Of a stretch of DNA of 64,000 bases, positions 38,316 to 47,773 are shown one piece after another (the first letter of the stretch is position 1; every line of letters starts with the position of its first letter). The position numbers were made by a program, and so were the translations under genes. The notes below the pieces were generated by a model that was not told where the DNA came from, ran no database searches, and saw nothing but the letters and a program-made list of their open reading frames with translations. Source of the stretch: an uncultured Oscillospiraceae bacterium (lineage in GTDB: Bacteria; Bacillota; Clostridia; Oscillospirales; Oscillospiraceae); NCBI GenBank assembly GCA_910585155.1, contig CAJUEC010000005.1, positions 9,059 to 73,058 on the forward strand, written 5' to 3'.

Positions 38316-39056
38316 ATGGATTTGAGAGAGAACATCGAGAGGGTCCGGGCGGGCATCGCCGCCGCCGCCCGGGCGGCGGGACGGAACCCGGCGGACATCA
38401 CCCTGCTGGCGGCCACCAAAACCCAGAGCTCGGAGACCATCCGGGCCGCCGTGGCCGCCGGGATCACGGCCTGCGGGGAAAACCGGGTGCAGGAGCTCAC
38501 CGCCCACCTGGACGACGACGCCTATGGGCCGGCCCAGGTCCATTTCATCGGCCACCTCCAGACCAACAAGGTCAAATACGTGGTGGGCCGGGTGGAACTG
38601 ATCCACTCCGTGTCCTCGGAGCGGCTGCTCCGGGCCATCGCGGACCGGGCGGAGCGGATGTGGCTCACCCAGGATATTCTGCTGGAGATCAACCTGGCGG
38701 GGGAGGCGTCCAAGTCCGGCTTCCCGCCGGAGGAGGCCCTGGCCGCCGCCCGGCTGGCCGCCTCGCTGAAGGGGGTGCGCCTGCGGGGGCTGATGTGCAT
38801 CCCCCCGGCGGCCTCGGCCCCCGGGGAAAACCTCCCTCATTTTCAAAAATTGCGCCAGTTGGCTGTTGACATAAGAGGGGAAATGGTAGATAATAGAGTA
38901 GATATGGACGTGCTGTCCATGGGGATGAGCGGCGACTATCGGGACGCCGTTGCCGCGGGCTCCACCTGCATTCGGGTGGGCTCCGCTCTGTTCGGCCCCC
39001 GCCCGCCTATGTCACCTGGAGGGACCGCCCCTGGCCCTTCCTTACCTCACGATTGA
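38316..39056 (+). CDS. yggS: PLP homeostasis protein
   Basis: AATKT, GENRVQE, HFIGHLQTNKVK, LSMGMSGDY, RVGSALFG. Confidence 0.95.
   Translation: MDLRENIERVRAGIAAAARAAGRNPADITLLAATKTQSSETIRAAVAAGITACGENRVQELTAHLDDDAYGPAQVHFIGHLQTNKVKYVVGRVELIHSVSSERLLRAIADRAERMWLTQDILLEINLAGEASKSGFPPEEALAAARLAASLKGVRLRGLMCIPPAASAPGENLPHFQKLRQLAVDIRGEMVDNRVDMDVLSMGMSGDYRDAVAAGSTCIRVGSALFGPRPPMSPGGTAPGPSLPHD
38866..38894 (+). promoter_or_regulatory. Internal promoter within yggS, likely for sepF-divIVA
   Basis: TTGACA-17 bp-GATAAT in a local AT-rich patch of a GC-rich CDS. Confidence 0.6.
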
Positions 39057-39072
39057 AGGGAGACCCGTCTAT

Positions 39073-39510
39073 ATGAGCCTGTTCGACGAACTCAAACGCC
39101 TCGCCCGCCCCTATGAGGACGAGGAAGAGGATGATTATGAGGAGGATTTCACCCCGGTGAGCAGCATGAAGGAGCCCCCCCGGGAGCGGGAGACGGAACG
39201 GCGCAACAACAAAGTGGTCAATATCCACACCACCACCCAGCTCCAGGTGGTGCTGGTCAACCCCACCCGGTTTGAGAACGCCTCGGAGATCGCCGACCAC
39301 CTGCGGGACAAGCGCACGGTGGTGCTCAACCTGGAGCAGACGGACAAGAACATCGCCCGCCGCCTCATCGACTTTTTATCCGGCGTGGCCTACGCCAACG
39401 AGGGCACCATCAAGAAGGTGGCCCTGTCCACGTACATCATCACCCCCTACAATGTGGAGATCCTGGGAGATCTCATCGACGAGCTGGAAAACAACGGCTT
39501 GTATTTTTGA
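39073..39510 (+). CDS. sepF: Cell division protein SepF
   Basis: VVLNLE, ARRLIDFLSG..YA..G. Confidence 0.95.
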   Translation: MSLFDELKRLARPYEDEEEDDYEEDFTPVSSMKEPPRERETERRNNKVVNIHTTTQLQVVLVNPTRFENASEIADHLRDKRTVVLNLEQTDKNIARRLIDFLSGVAYANEGTIKKVALSTYIITPYNVEILGDLIDELENNGLYF

Positions 39511-39529
39511 GATAGGGGGAACTTAAGCC

Positions 39530-40255
39530 ATGATGACACCGCAGGAAGTGGCCAGCCACTCCTTTGCCAAGGCCACCCTGGGCGGCTATAACCTGGCCCA
39601 GGTGGACGAGTTTTTGGACGCGCTCACCGAGGACTATACCGCCCTGTACAACGAGAACGCCATTTTGAAAAACAAGCTGAAGGTGATGTCCAACGAGGTG
39701 GAGGAGTACCGCGCCACCGAGGGCACCATGCGCAAGGCCCTTCTGGCCGCCCAGCAGATGGCGGATTCCATGGTGGAGGACGCCAAGAAAAAGCAGGAGG
39801 AGCTCATGGGCGAGGCGGAAAAGGGCGCCCGGCAGCGGGTAACCGACCTGGAGCAGGCGGTAGCCGCCGAGGAGCACCGCCTGAAAAAGGCCCAGGAGTC
39901 CACCGCCGCCTATGTGCGCAAGCTGGCCCAGCTCCACGACCAGGAGATGGACTTCCTCTCCCGTCTGGGGGAGCTGGTCCCCCCGGAGATGACCGGAAAG
40001 GATGACCCCTCCGAGGACATCAAGGCCGCCCTGGACGCCCAGGTCCGCCGGGAGGAGGAGCAGCGGCAGGCCATGGCCGCCGCCCAGAAGCCCGCTCCCC
40101 GGCTGGTGGCGGTGGGGCCGGACGACGACGTCCCCCCCATGCCCGACGACCTGGAGCCCCTGGACCCCGCCCAGCAGGACGAGTTCGAGCTGGATCCGGA
40201 CGCCACCCGGCGGTATTCCGACCTCCAGTTCGGCAAGGACTACGAGATCCAATGA
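39530..40255 (+). CDS. divIVA: DivIVA domain protein
   Basis: TPQEV...F...GGYN...VDEFLD plus coiled coil. Confidence 0.88.
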   Translation: MMTPQEVASHSFAKATLGGYNLAQVDEFLDALTEDYTALYNENAILKNKLKVMSNEVEEYRATEGTMRKALLAAQQMADSMVEDAKKKQEELMGEAEKGARQRVTDLEQAVAAEEHRLKKAQESTAAYVRKLAQLHDQEMDFLSRLGELVPPEMTGKDDPSEDIKAALDAQVRREEEQRQAMAAAQKPAPRLVAVGPDDDVPPMPDDLEPLDPAQQDEFELDPDATRRYSDLQFGKDYEIQ

Positions 40256-40259
40256 GACA

Positions 40260-40292
40260 AGCCCGCGCGGCCTGAGGCCGCGCGGGCTTTTT
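40260..40292 (+). terminator. Intrinsic terminator
   Basis: AGCCCGCGCGGCC-TGA-GGCCGCGCGGGCTTTTT. Confidence 0.85.
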
Positions 40293-40319
40293 GCATGGGC
40301 GGGGCCCTCTGGACCGCCG

Positions 40320-41573
40320 CTATGGGTCGTTGAGCCGGGCCTCCAGCTTGGAGTACACAATGTTCTGGCTGGCGTACAGCGAGTACCGCCCGCTGACCAG
40401 GAAGCTCAGCGAGCAGGCCAGGGCGAAAAACAGCAGCCCCTCTCCGCCGAACAGCTCGACGGCCAGAAAGATGGAGGCCATGGGGCAGTTCACCACCCCG
40501 CAGAACAGGGCGATCATGGACACCGCCGCCCCAAAGGCCGGGTCCAGCCCCAGCAGCGGCCCCACGGCGCAGCCGAAGGTGGAGCCGATGAACAGGGTGG
40601 GCACGATCTCGCCGCCCCGGAAGCCCGCCCCCAGGGTGAGGGCGGTGAACAGCATCTTCCACCCGAAGGCCCAGGGCACGCGGACCTGCCCCTCCACCGC
40701 CAGCTCGATGATGTGGCCCCCGGCGCCGTTGTAGTCGCCGCTGCCCTCGGCCAGCGTGAGGAGGATGACCAGCGCCGCCCCAGACACCGCGCGCAGGTAC
40801 TGGTTGGGCAGATACCTTTTGTAGAGATGTCCCGCCTGGTGCATCAGCACGCAGAAGGCGATGGACACCAGCGCCGCCAGAATGGCCAGCGCGCCGCACC
40901 GGAGCAGGGACACCGGCTCCAGCCGGGGCAGGCCGGACAGGTGATAGCCCTCCCCGGGCAGGCCCAGGGCCTGAGGCACCCCGGCGGCGATCAGCGCGGA
41001 CAGCAGGCAGGGAAACAGGGCGGAATAATACATTTTCCCCACGCTCACCACCTCCAGGGCGAATACCGTGGCGGCGAGGGGGGTGCCGAACAGGGCGGAA
41101 AACAGACCCGCCATGCCGCACTGAATAATGGTGTTGACGCTGCGCTCCCCCAGGTGGAGCAGCCGTCCGATGCCGGCGGAGATGCTGCCGCCGATCTGGA
41201 GGGCGGCCCCCTCCCGTCCGGCGCTGCCGCCGGTGAGATGGGTGAGCACCGAGCCGAAAAAGATCAGCGGGGCCAGCCGCAGCGGGGGGCGCTCCCCGCC
41301 CCGGACGCTGGCGATGATCTGGTTGGTGCCGTGGTCGTTTTCCATGCCGGCGGCGCGGTAGGCCCAGACGATGGCCAGCCCCGCCAGGGGCATGCCAAAC
41401 AGCAGCCAGGGGTGGGCGGCGCGCAGAGCCGCCGCCCCCGCCACGCACCAGGTAAAGGCCGCTCCAGCCCCGCCGCAGGCCAGCCCCGTCAGCCCCGAGA
41501 GCACCAGCCATTGCCCCAGGGCCCGGAGTGTGGGCAGGGCGTCCAACAGTCTTTTTTTCCGGCGCTCCGCCAT
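40320..41573 (-). CDS. ClC-family anion channel/antiporter
   Basis: GGSAGREGAALQ, GFRGGEIVP, Y near the C-terminus; many TM helices. Confidence 0.9.
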   Translation of the reverse strand: MAERRKKRLLDALPTLRALGQWLVLSGLTGLACGGAGAAFTWCVAGAAALRAAHPWLLFGMPLAGLAIVWAYRAAGMENDHGTNQIIASVRGGERPPLRLAPLIFFGSVLTHLTGGSAGREGAALQIGGSISAGIGRLLHLGERSVNTIIQCGMAGLFSALFGTPLAATVFALEVVSVGKMYYSALFPCLLSALIAAGVPQALGLPGEGYHLSGLPRLEPVSLLRCGALAILAALVSIAFCVLMHQAGHLYKRYLPNQYLRAVSGAALVILLTLAEGSGDYNGAGGHIIELAVEGQVRVPWAFGWKMLFTALTLGAGFRGGEIVPTLFIGSTFGCAVGPLLGLDPAFGAAVSMIALFCGVVNCPMASIFLAVELFGGEGLLFFALACSLSFLVSGRYSLYASQNIVYSKLEARLNDP

Positions 41574-41789
41574 GGCGTTCCCTCCCCGCTCCGATTTTCT
41601 TTCATTATACCAGCGGTGTCAAGCGGGGAATATTTCCCGCTTTATGGGAAAAACCGCCGTGCGCAGACAAAAAACTGCCATTTCACCAAAGCCGCCGGAA
41701 AAAAGTTTGAAAATATTTTCACAATACCTCTTCCTTTTGCGCAAATGATAGAGTATAATATTGCTGTGCAAGCCCCCTATCATAAATAA

Positions 41790-42812
<1,023 letters not shown>

Positions 42813-42833
42813 TTTGCGGTCAAAACCGTGAAC

Positions 42834-42868
42834 AAGGCCCTCCGCCGCAAGGCGGGGGGCCTATTTTT
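42834..42868 (+). terminator. Intrinsic terminator after gap
   Basis: AGGCCCTCCGCC-GCAA-GGCGGGGGGCCT followed by ATTTTT. Confidence 0.8.
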
Positions 42869-42914
42869 ATAGGGGCGGGCCTTCGGCCCTCTTTGCCTCC
42901 GGCGGGGCGGCCTT

Positions 42915-43135
42915 CGGCGACCTACTTTCTCTCGTGCGAGAGAAAGTAGGCAAAGAGCGCACTTAGGGGAGAAAATCCGGCGAAACTGCCAGCGCAAAGG
43001 ACGCGCTCTTGTTTCCCAGGATTTTCCCCCCTAAGAACCCCCGTTTACGAGGGACCAATTTACGCGGCGGCGAGATAACCCTTCCGGCGCGTTGGGCCTT
43101 CGAATGCGTCTCTCCATTGGCGCCGCTTAGCCGCT
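42915..43135. repeat. Repeat family A, copy 6 (diverged)
   Basis: Hairpin CCTACTTTCTCTCGTGCGAGAGAAAGTAGG (42921-42950), CAAAGAGCG, CTTAGGGG...CCCCTAAG, CCTTCCGGCGCGT tail. Confidence 0.85.
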
Positions 43136-43245
43136 TCCCTTTCTCCGATTTATCCCGTGGGCGCAGGACACATCCCGCGCCTGGGGGGCGGGGCTTTACA
43201 GCGGGGAGAATCTATTGATCCGCCGCACCGGCAAGGTCCCGCCTG

Positions 43246-43470
43246 TCATTTCTTCACCTTTGGATATGGATCTCTTATGTCCGTGAGCCCCAGAATATAA
43301 TCTGTACTGGTTTCATAGTACTCAGCCAGTTTGATGAGCACTTCTGTTGGAATGTCCCGTTTACCCAGTTCATATTGTGAATAGCAAACCTGTGTGCACC
43401 GTAAATAATTCGCAATGTCTTTCTGGATTAAATCCCTGTCCTCTCTCAAATCGCGGATTCTCCTATACAC
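43246..43470 (-). CDS. Small XRE-family HTH regulator (AT-rich)
   Basis: RIRDLREDRDL.Q..IA..L...Q..YS.YE.G.R; GTG start after AGGAGG. Confidence 0.88.
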   Translation of the reverse strand: MYRRIRDLREDRDLIQKDIANYLRCTQVCYSQYELGKRDIPTEVLIKLAEYYETSTDYILGLTDIRDPYPKVKK

Positions 43471-43507
43471 TGTGTACCTCCTTTTGTCATGACATACACA
43501 GTATAGG

Positions 43508-43553
43508 TAAAACAAAATGTTATATTGATTTTTAAAACAAAATGCTTTATAAT
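43508..43553. promoter_or_regulatory. Divergent promoter region with twin operator-like repeats
   Basis: TAAAACAAAATG at 43508 and 43533; TTGATT-17 bp-TATAAT at 43525-43553. Confidence 0.7.
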
Positions 43554-43584
43554 GGGCATATCAATAGATGGGAGGAGCGTCAAA

Positions 43585-43896
43585 ATGAGCCTAGCCGACG
43601 AACTGAGGGCGATTTTGGAGCAGGAGGAACGCTGGGAATTGATCTACGAGAAGATCAACGGCGAGTACGTGATGGATTTTTGTACCGAGGTGCGCGATGA
43701 GATGTCCGGTGGAGAGATCGGCCCGCTGATCCAGCAGTTTTACCTGGCCCGTAACCGCATTGCCGCCCGGCTGGGGCTGGACCCGGCCCTTGACCGGGAC
43801 TTCACACAGCTGACCGACGCAATGGAGCGCTATGCCCGCACCTGCGGAAAGCTGATGTACCGCTATGGACACCAGGACGGCGCGGCCGGAAAATAG
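43585..43896 (+). CDS. Hypothetical protein
   Basis: GGAGG RBS, own promoter, GC-rich codon usage. Confidence 0.7.
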   Translation: MSLADELRAILEQEERWELIYEKINGEYVMDFCTEVRDEMSGGEIGPLIQQFYLARNRIAARLGLDPALDRDFTQLTDAMERYARTCGKLMYRYGHQDGAAGK

Positions 43897-43935
43897 AAGG
43901 CCCTCCCCGGAGTGTATCCCCGGAGAGGGCCATTT

Positions 43936-45219
43936 TTATCTCTGATACTCAAATTCCAGATTGTACAGGCACACCGCGTCCCCGTCCTGCACCCCCAGCT
44001 CCTCCAGCTGCTGGTACACCCCCGCGTCCCGCAGCCTCCGTTCAAACCAGTTGCGGCTCTCGTAGTCGGAGAAGTTCACGTTGGCCATCAGCTGGCGCAG
44101 CCAGGGCCCGTCCACCAGCCAGGTGCCGTCCTCGTCCCGCTGAATGTCCAGCGCCGCGGACGTGTCCACCTCGGGGGGGCGCTCCACATAGGTGGGCTCG
44201 TACACGATCACCGGGGGCAGGGCAGACAGCTCCGCCGCCGCGGCGAACATCAGCTCCCGGGTCCCCTGGTGGGTGGCGGCGGACAGCTGGAACAGGGGAC
44301 ACCCCCTGGCCTCCACATGCCGGCGCAGCTGCTCCAGCAGCCCGGGGTCCTCCATGATGTCCACCTTGTTGGCGGCCACGATCATCCGCCGGGAGGCCAG
44401 CTCGGGGGACCAGCGCTGGAGCTCGGCGCAGATGGCGTCGAAGTCGGCCACCGGGTCCCGGCCCTCGCTGCCGGACACGTCCACCACGTGGATCAGCAGG
44501 CGGCAGCGGTCCACATGGCGCAGGAAGTCGTGGCCCAGCCCCGCGCCGTCCGCCGCCCCCTCGATGATGCCGGGGATGTCGGCCAGCACGAAGGATGTCC
44601 CCTCGTCCACCGCCACCACCCCCAGGTTGGGGGAGAGGGTGGTGAAGTGGTAGTTGGCAATTTTGGGCTGGGCCCTGGTAACCACGCTGAGCAGGGTGGA
44701 CTTGCCCACGTTGGGGAAGCCCACCAGCCCCACGTCTGCCAGCAGCTTCAGCTCCAGCAGCACCTCCCGGTACTGCCCCGGCAGTCCCGCCTTGGCAAAC
44801 CGGGGCACCTGCCGGGTGGGGGTGGCGAAGTGCTGGTTGCCCCAGCCGCCGTTGCCGCCGCGGGCCAGCACAAAATCTTCCTGGCCGGACATGTCGCAGA
44901 TGATCTCCCTTGTCTCCAGGTCCCGGACCACGGTGCCCTTGGGCACCCGGATCACCAGGTCGTTCCCGTCCTTGCCGGAGCACCGCTTGCCCTGGCCGTC
45001 CTTGCCGTTCTCGGCGGTGTACTTGCGCTTGTAGCGGAAGTCCATCAGGGTGGACATGTGGGGGTCCACCCGCAGGATAATGTCCCCGCCCCGGCCGCCG
45101 TCTCCGCCGTCGGGGCCGCCGGCGGCCACGTATTTCTCCCGGTGGAAGGCCACCGCGCCGCCTCCCCCCGCGCCCGCCCGGACGGTGATGCGGGCGGTGT
45201 CGATGAATTGATTGGCCAT
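43936..45219 (-). CDS. obgE: GTPase ObgE
   Basis: GGPDGGDGGRGG, GFPNVGKST, DIPG, NKVD, C-terminal OCT domain. Confidence 0.97.
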   Translation of the reverse strand: MANQFIDTARITVRAGAGGGGAVAFHREKYVAAGGPDGGDGGRGGDIILRVDPHMSTLMDFRYKRKYTAENGKDGQGKRCSGKDGNDLVIRVPKGTVVRDLETREIICDMSGQEDFVLARGGNGGWGNQHFATPTRQVPRFAKAGLPGQYREVLLELKLLADVGLVGFPNVGKSTLLSVVTRAQPKIANYHFTTLSPNLGVVAVDEGTSFVLADIPGIIEGAADGAGLGHDFLRHVDRCRLLIHVVDVSGSEGRDPVADFDAICAELQRWSPELASRRMIVAANKVDIMEDPGLLEQLRRHVEARGCPLFQLSAATHQGTRELMFAAAAELSALPPVIVYEPTYVERPPEVDTSAALDIQRDEDGTWLVDGPWLRQLMANVNFSDYESRNWFERRLRDAGVYQQLEELGVQDGDAVCLYNLEFEYQR

Positions 45220-45228
45220 ACAGACCTC

Positions 45229-45840
45229 CTATAGCTCGTCCCAGTTGATTTTCTTATCCTTGAAGTAGTATTCCCGGTCATGTTCATTGATTTCCCGCAG
45301 CACCCGGCAGGGGTTGCCCACCGCCACCACGTTGGCGGGCAGGTCGCGGGTCACCACGCTGCCCGCGCCCACCACCGTGTTGTCCCCGATGGTCACACCG
45401 GGCACCACGACCACCCCCGCCCCCAGCCAGCAGTTGCGGTCGATGCGCACCGGGGCGTTGTACTGGTACATCTGCTCCCGCAGCTGGGGCAGGATAGGGT
45501 GGCCCGCCGTGGCAATCACCACGTTGGGGCCAAACTCGGTGTAGTCTCCCACATAGATGTGGGTGTCGTCCACAAAGGTCCCGTTGAAGTTTACATAGAC
45601 ATAGCTCCCGAAATGGATGTGCCTGCCTCCCCAGTTGGCGTGGAAGGGGGGCTCGATGTAGCAGCCCTCGCCCACCTCGGCAAACATCTCCCGGAGCATG
45701 GCCCCCCGCCTCTCCTGCTCCAGAGGGCGGGTCTGGTTGAAGTCGTACAGCCGGTCCAGACACTGGAGCTGCTCGGCCATGACGGCCTCGTCCATGGGGA
45801 GGTAGAGCGCGCCGCTGTGCATTTTTTCCCGAAAATCCAT
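45229..45840 (-). CDS. Sugar (maltose/galactoside) O-acetyltransferase
   Basis: IEPPF, hexapeptide repeats, VGAGSVVTRD, GNPCRV. Confidence 0.92.
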   Translation of the reverse strand: MDFREKMHSGALYLPMDEAVMAEQLQCLDRLYDFNQTRPLEQERRGAMLREMFAEVGEGCYIEPPFHANWGGRHIHFGSYVYVNFNGTFVDDTHIYVGDYTEFGPNVVIATAGHPILPQLREQMYQYNAPVRIDRNCWLGAGVVVVPGVTIGDNTVVGAGSVVTRDLPANVVAVGNPCRVLREINEHDREYYFKDKKINWDEL

Positions 45841-45850
45841 AGGTTTTCCC

Positions 45851-46293
45851 TCACAAATCCAGTTGATAAATGCGGTGCCGGGGGATGCCCTCGTACCAGG
45901 CGAAGTAGTCCCGGGGTATCCCGCAGATCTCCAGCAGCCGCCCGCCCAGCCGCTCAATGGTGCGGTAGGAGGGGACATTGTCCTCCCCGCAGGTGAGATA
46001 GAGCCGGGTCATTCCGTGGGCCCGGGCCACCTCCAGCACCAGCTGGCAGGCGCGGCGGGCATAGCCCCGGCCCTGAAATTTCGGGTCCACCTCATAGCCG
46101 ATGTGGCCGTTGTAGTAGCTGTGAAAATTGTCGCCGATACGGATACTGATCTTCCCCACAGGCAAACCGTCCGCCACAATGTCATAATAATAGAAGGGGA
46201 GTAATACCCCGCCGCCCTCTGCCTTTTCCGGATGCGCAGGATAAGGTCTCCTCCGTCGAGCACATCGAAGCGGTCTGAAAACGCAAAGTTCAT
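45851..46293 (-). pseudogene. GNAT acetyltransferase split by a 1-nt frameshift near 46225
   Basis: N-part MNFAFSDRFD...LILRIR continues in another frame as EKAEGGGVLLPFYYYDIVADG...GHIGYEV...GRGYA...N.PS..TIE..GG. Confidence 0.7.
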
Positions 46294-46305
46294 ATGAGCC
46301 CCCGC

Positions 46306-46527
46306 CTATTTGTCGTCCTTCATCTTGGGCGGGCTCATCACCAGCTCCAGCTTTTCTGGAATGGACGTGTATATCAGGCCCACAATACCTGTGATCAGCG
46401 CCAGCAGGTCAAGAATCACATGAAGGACCCCTCCCCAGAAATTGGAGAGAATCGGGTCAAAGGCCGCCGCGAGCACCAGAAGAATGCTGAAAAGGATGAA
46501 AGCCATCCCCTGAAACAGTTTTCTCAT
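46306..46527 (-). CDS. Small two-TM hypothetical protein
   Basis: GAGGAG RBS; two hydrophobic helices. Confidence 0.6.
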   Translation of the reverse strand: MRKLFQGMAFILFSILLVLAAAFDPILSNFWGGVLHVILDLLALITGIVGLIYTSIPEKLELVMSPPKMKDDK

Positions 46528-46549
46528 GTTCTTTTTGCTCCTCTCTATG

Positions 46550-46585
46550 AAAAAAGCCGCAAACGGTCCCCCGTCTGCGGCCTTT
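46550..46585 (-). terminator. Terminator after rpmA
   Basis: Minus strand GCCGCAGACGG...CCGTTTGCGGC followed by TTTTTT. Confidence 0.75.
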
Positions 46586-46595
46586 CAGGCAAATT

Positions 46596-46880
46596 TTACT
46601 GCTCGAGCGTTACGATGGAGACCTGCTTGCGGTCCTTGCCCAGGCGCTCGAACTTCACCTTGCCGTCCTTGAGGGCGAACAGGGTGTCGTCGCTGCCCTT
46701 GCCCACGTTGACGCCGGGGTGGATGTGGGTGCCGCGCTGGCGCACCAGGATGTTGCCCGCCAGCACAAACTGGCCGTCGGCCCGCTTCACGCCCAGGCGC
46801 TTGGCCTGGGAGTCGCGGCCGTTCTTGGTGGAGCCGCCGCCCTTTTTGTGGGCGAAGAACTGGATATTGAGCTTCAGCAT
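46596..46880 (-). CDS. rpmA: 50S ribosomal protein L27 with Prp-cleaved N-terminal extension
   Basis: [24 protein letters not shown]. Confidence 0.97.
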   Translation of the reverse strand: MLKLNIQFFAHKKGGGSTKNGRDSQAKRLGVKRADGQFVLAGNILVRQRGTHIHPGVNVGKGSDDTLFALKDGKVKFERLGKDRKQVSIVTLEQ

Positions 46881-46914
46881 AGTCGTTTCCGTCCTTTCTG
46901 TCAAAGGTTAATTG

Positions 46915-47256
46915 TCACGCTTCATCATCATCCATCAAAACGATGAGATTGTCGGGGTATTCCTCTCCCATGGCCTGGAGGTAGACCATCATGCCGGTCA
47001 AGAGATTCTGGCAGGCATATTCGTTTTCCTCGCTCAGCCCGGCAGGGAGCTTGAGGGAGATGCGGGCGTCTGCTTCCCGGGCCTTCACCGGGGCCCCCAG
47101 GCCCAGCACCTCATTGATGGTGCACTCGGTGAGCCCCACGGCGGCGGAGACGGCGGCGCACACAATGTCCGCGCCCGCCTCGGCGTACCCGCTGTGGCCC
47201 TCCACCAGGAAGCCGTCAATGCGGCTGTCTGCGCTGTGGAAGGTGACGGTGGTCAT
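46915..47256 (-). CDS. prp: Ribosomal-processing cysteine protease Prp
   Basis: GHSGYA..G.DIVCAAVS; lies between rplU and rpmA. Confidence 0.93.
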   Translation of the reverse strand: MTTVTFHSADSRIDGFLVEGHSGYAEAGADIVCAAVSAAVGLTECTINEVLGLGAPVKAREADARISLKLPAGLSEENEYACQNLLTGMMVYLQAMGEEYPDNLIVLMDDDEA

Positions 47257-47267
47257 CCGTGGGTCCC

Positions 47268-47579
47268 TCAGGCGTTGACCTTGGTGATCTCCACCTTGGT
47301 GTAGGGCTGGCGATGGCCCTGACGGCGGCGGTAGTTCTTCTTGGGCTTGTACTTGAACACCAGCACCTTCTTGCCCTTGCCGTTCTTCACCACGTTGGCG
47401 GTGACGGAGGCGCCGTCCACCGCGGGGGCGCCGAATCGGCTGCTGTCGCCGTCCAGGACGGCCAGCACCTTGTCAAAGGTGACGGTGTCGCCGGCTTCCA
47501 CGTTCAGCTTCTCGATGTAGAGGGTGTCGCCCTCCGCTACCTTGTACTGCTTACCGCCGGTCTCAATGATCGCGTGCAT
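47268..47579 (-). CDS. rplU: 50S ribosomal protein L21
   Basis: [19 protein letters not shown]. Confidence 0.98.
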   Translation of the reverse strand: MHAIIETGGKQYKVAEGDTLYIEKLNVEAGDTVTFDKVLAVLDGDSSRFGAPAVDGASVTANVVKNGKGKKVLVFKYKPKKNYRRRQGHRQPYTKVEITKVNA

Positions 47580-47589
47580 ATCTGCACTC

Positions 47590-47706
47590 CTTTCCTTTAT
47601 TACGGGCTCGCTTTCGGGGGCGGGGCACTTGGCCCTCTTCACTGTGGAAAATCACACCCGGTCAATGCGGCTTTGATAGTATATCAGTCAAATATGGTAA
47701 AGTCAA
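47590..47706 (-). promoter_or_regulatory. rplU promoter and 5' leader (possible L21 leader)
   Basis: TTGACT-17 bp-TATACT (47706-47678) and ~90-nt leader; L21 leaders are known in Firmicutes, identity not verified. Confidence 0.55.
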
Positions 47707-47773
47707 GAGGATTTCGTAACTTGTACGGAATTTTGTCCCTGGACACGGGGTTTTTGGCAGGGCCGCCGGTGTT

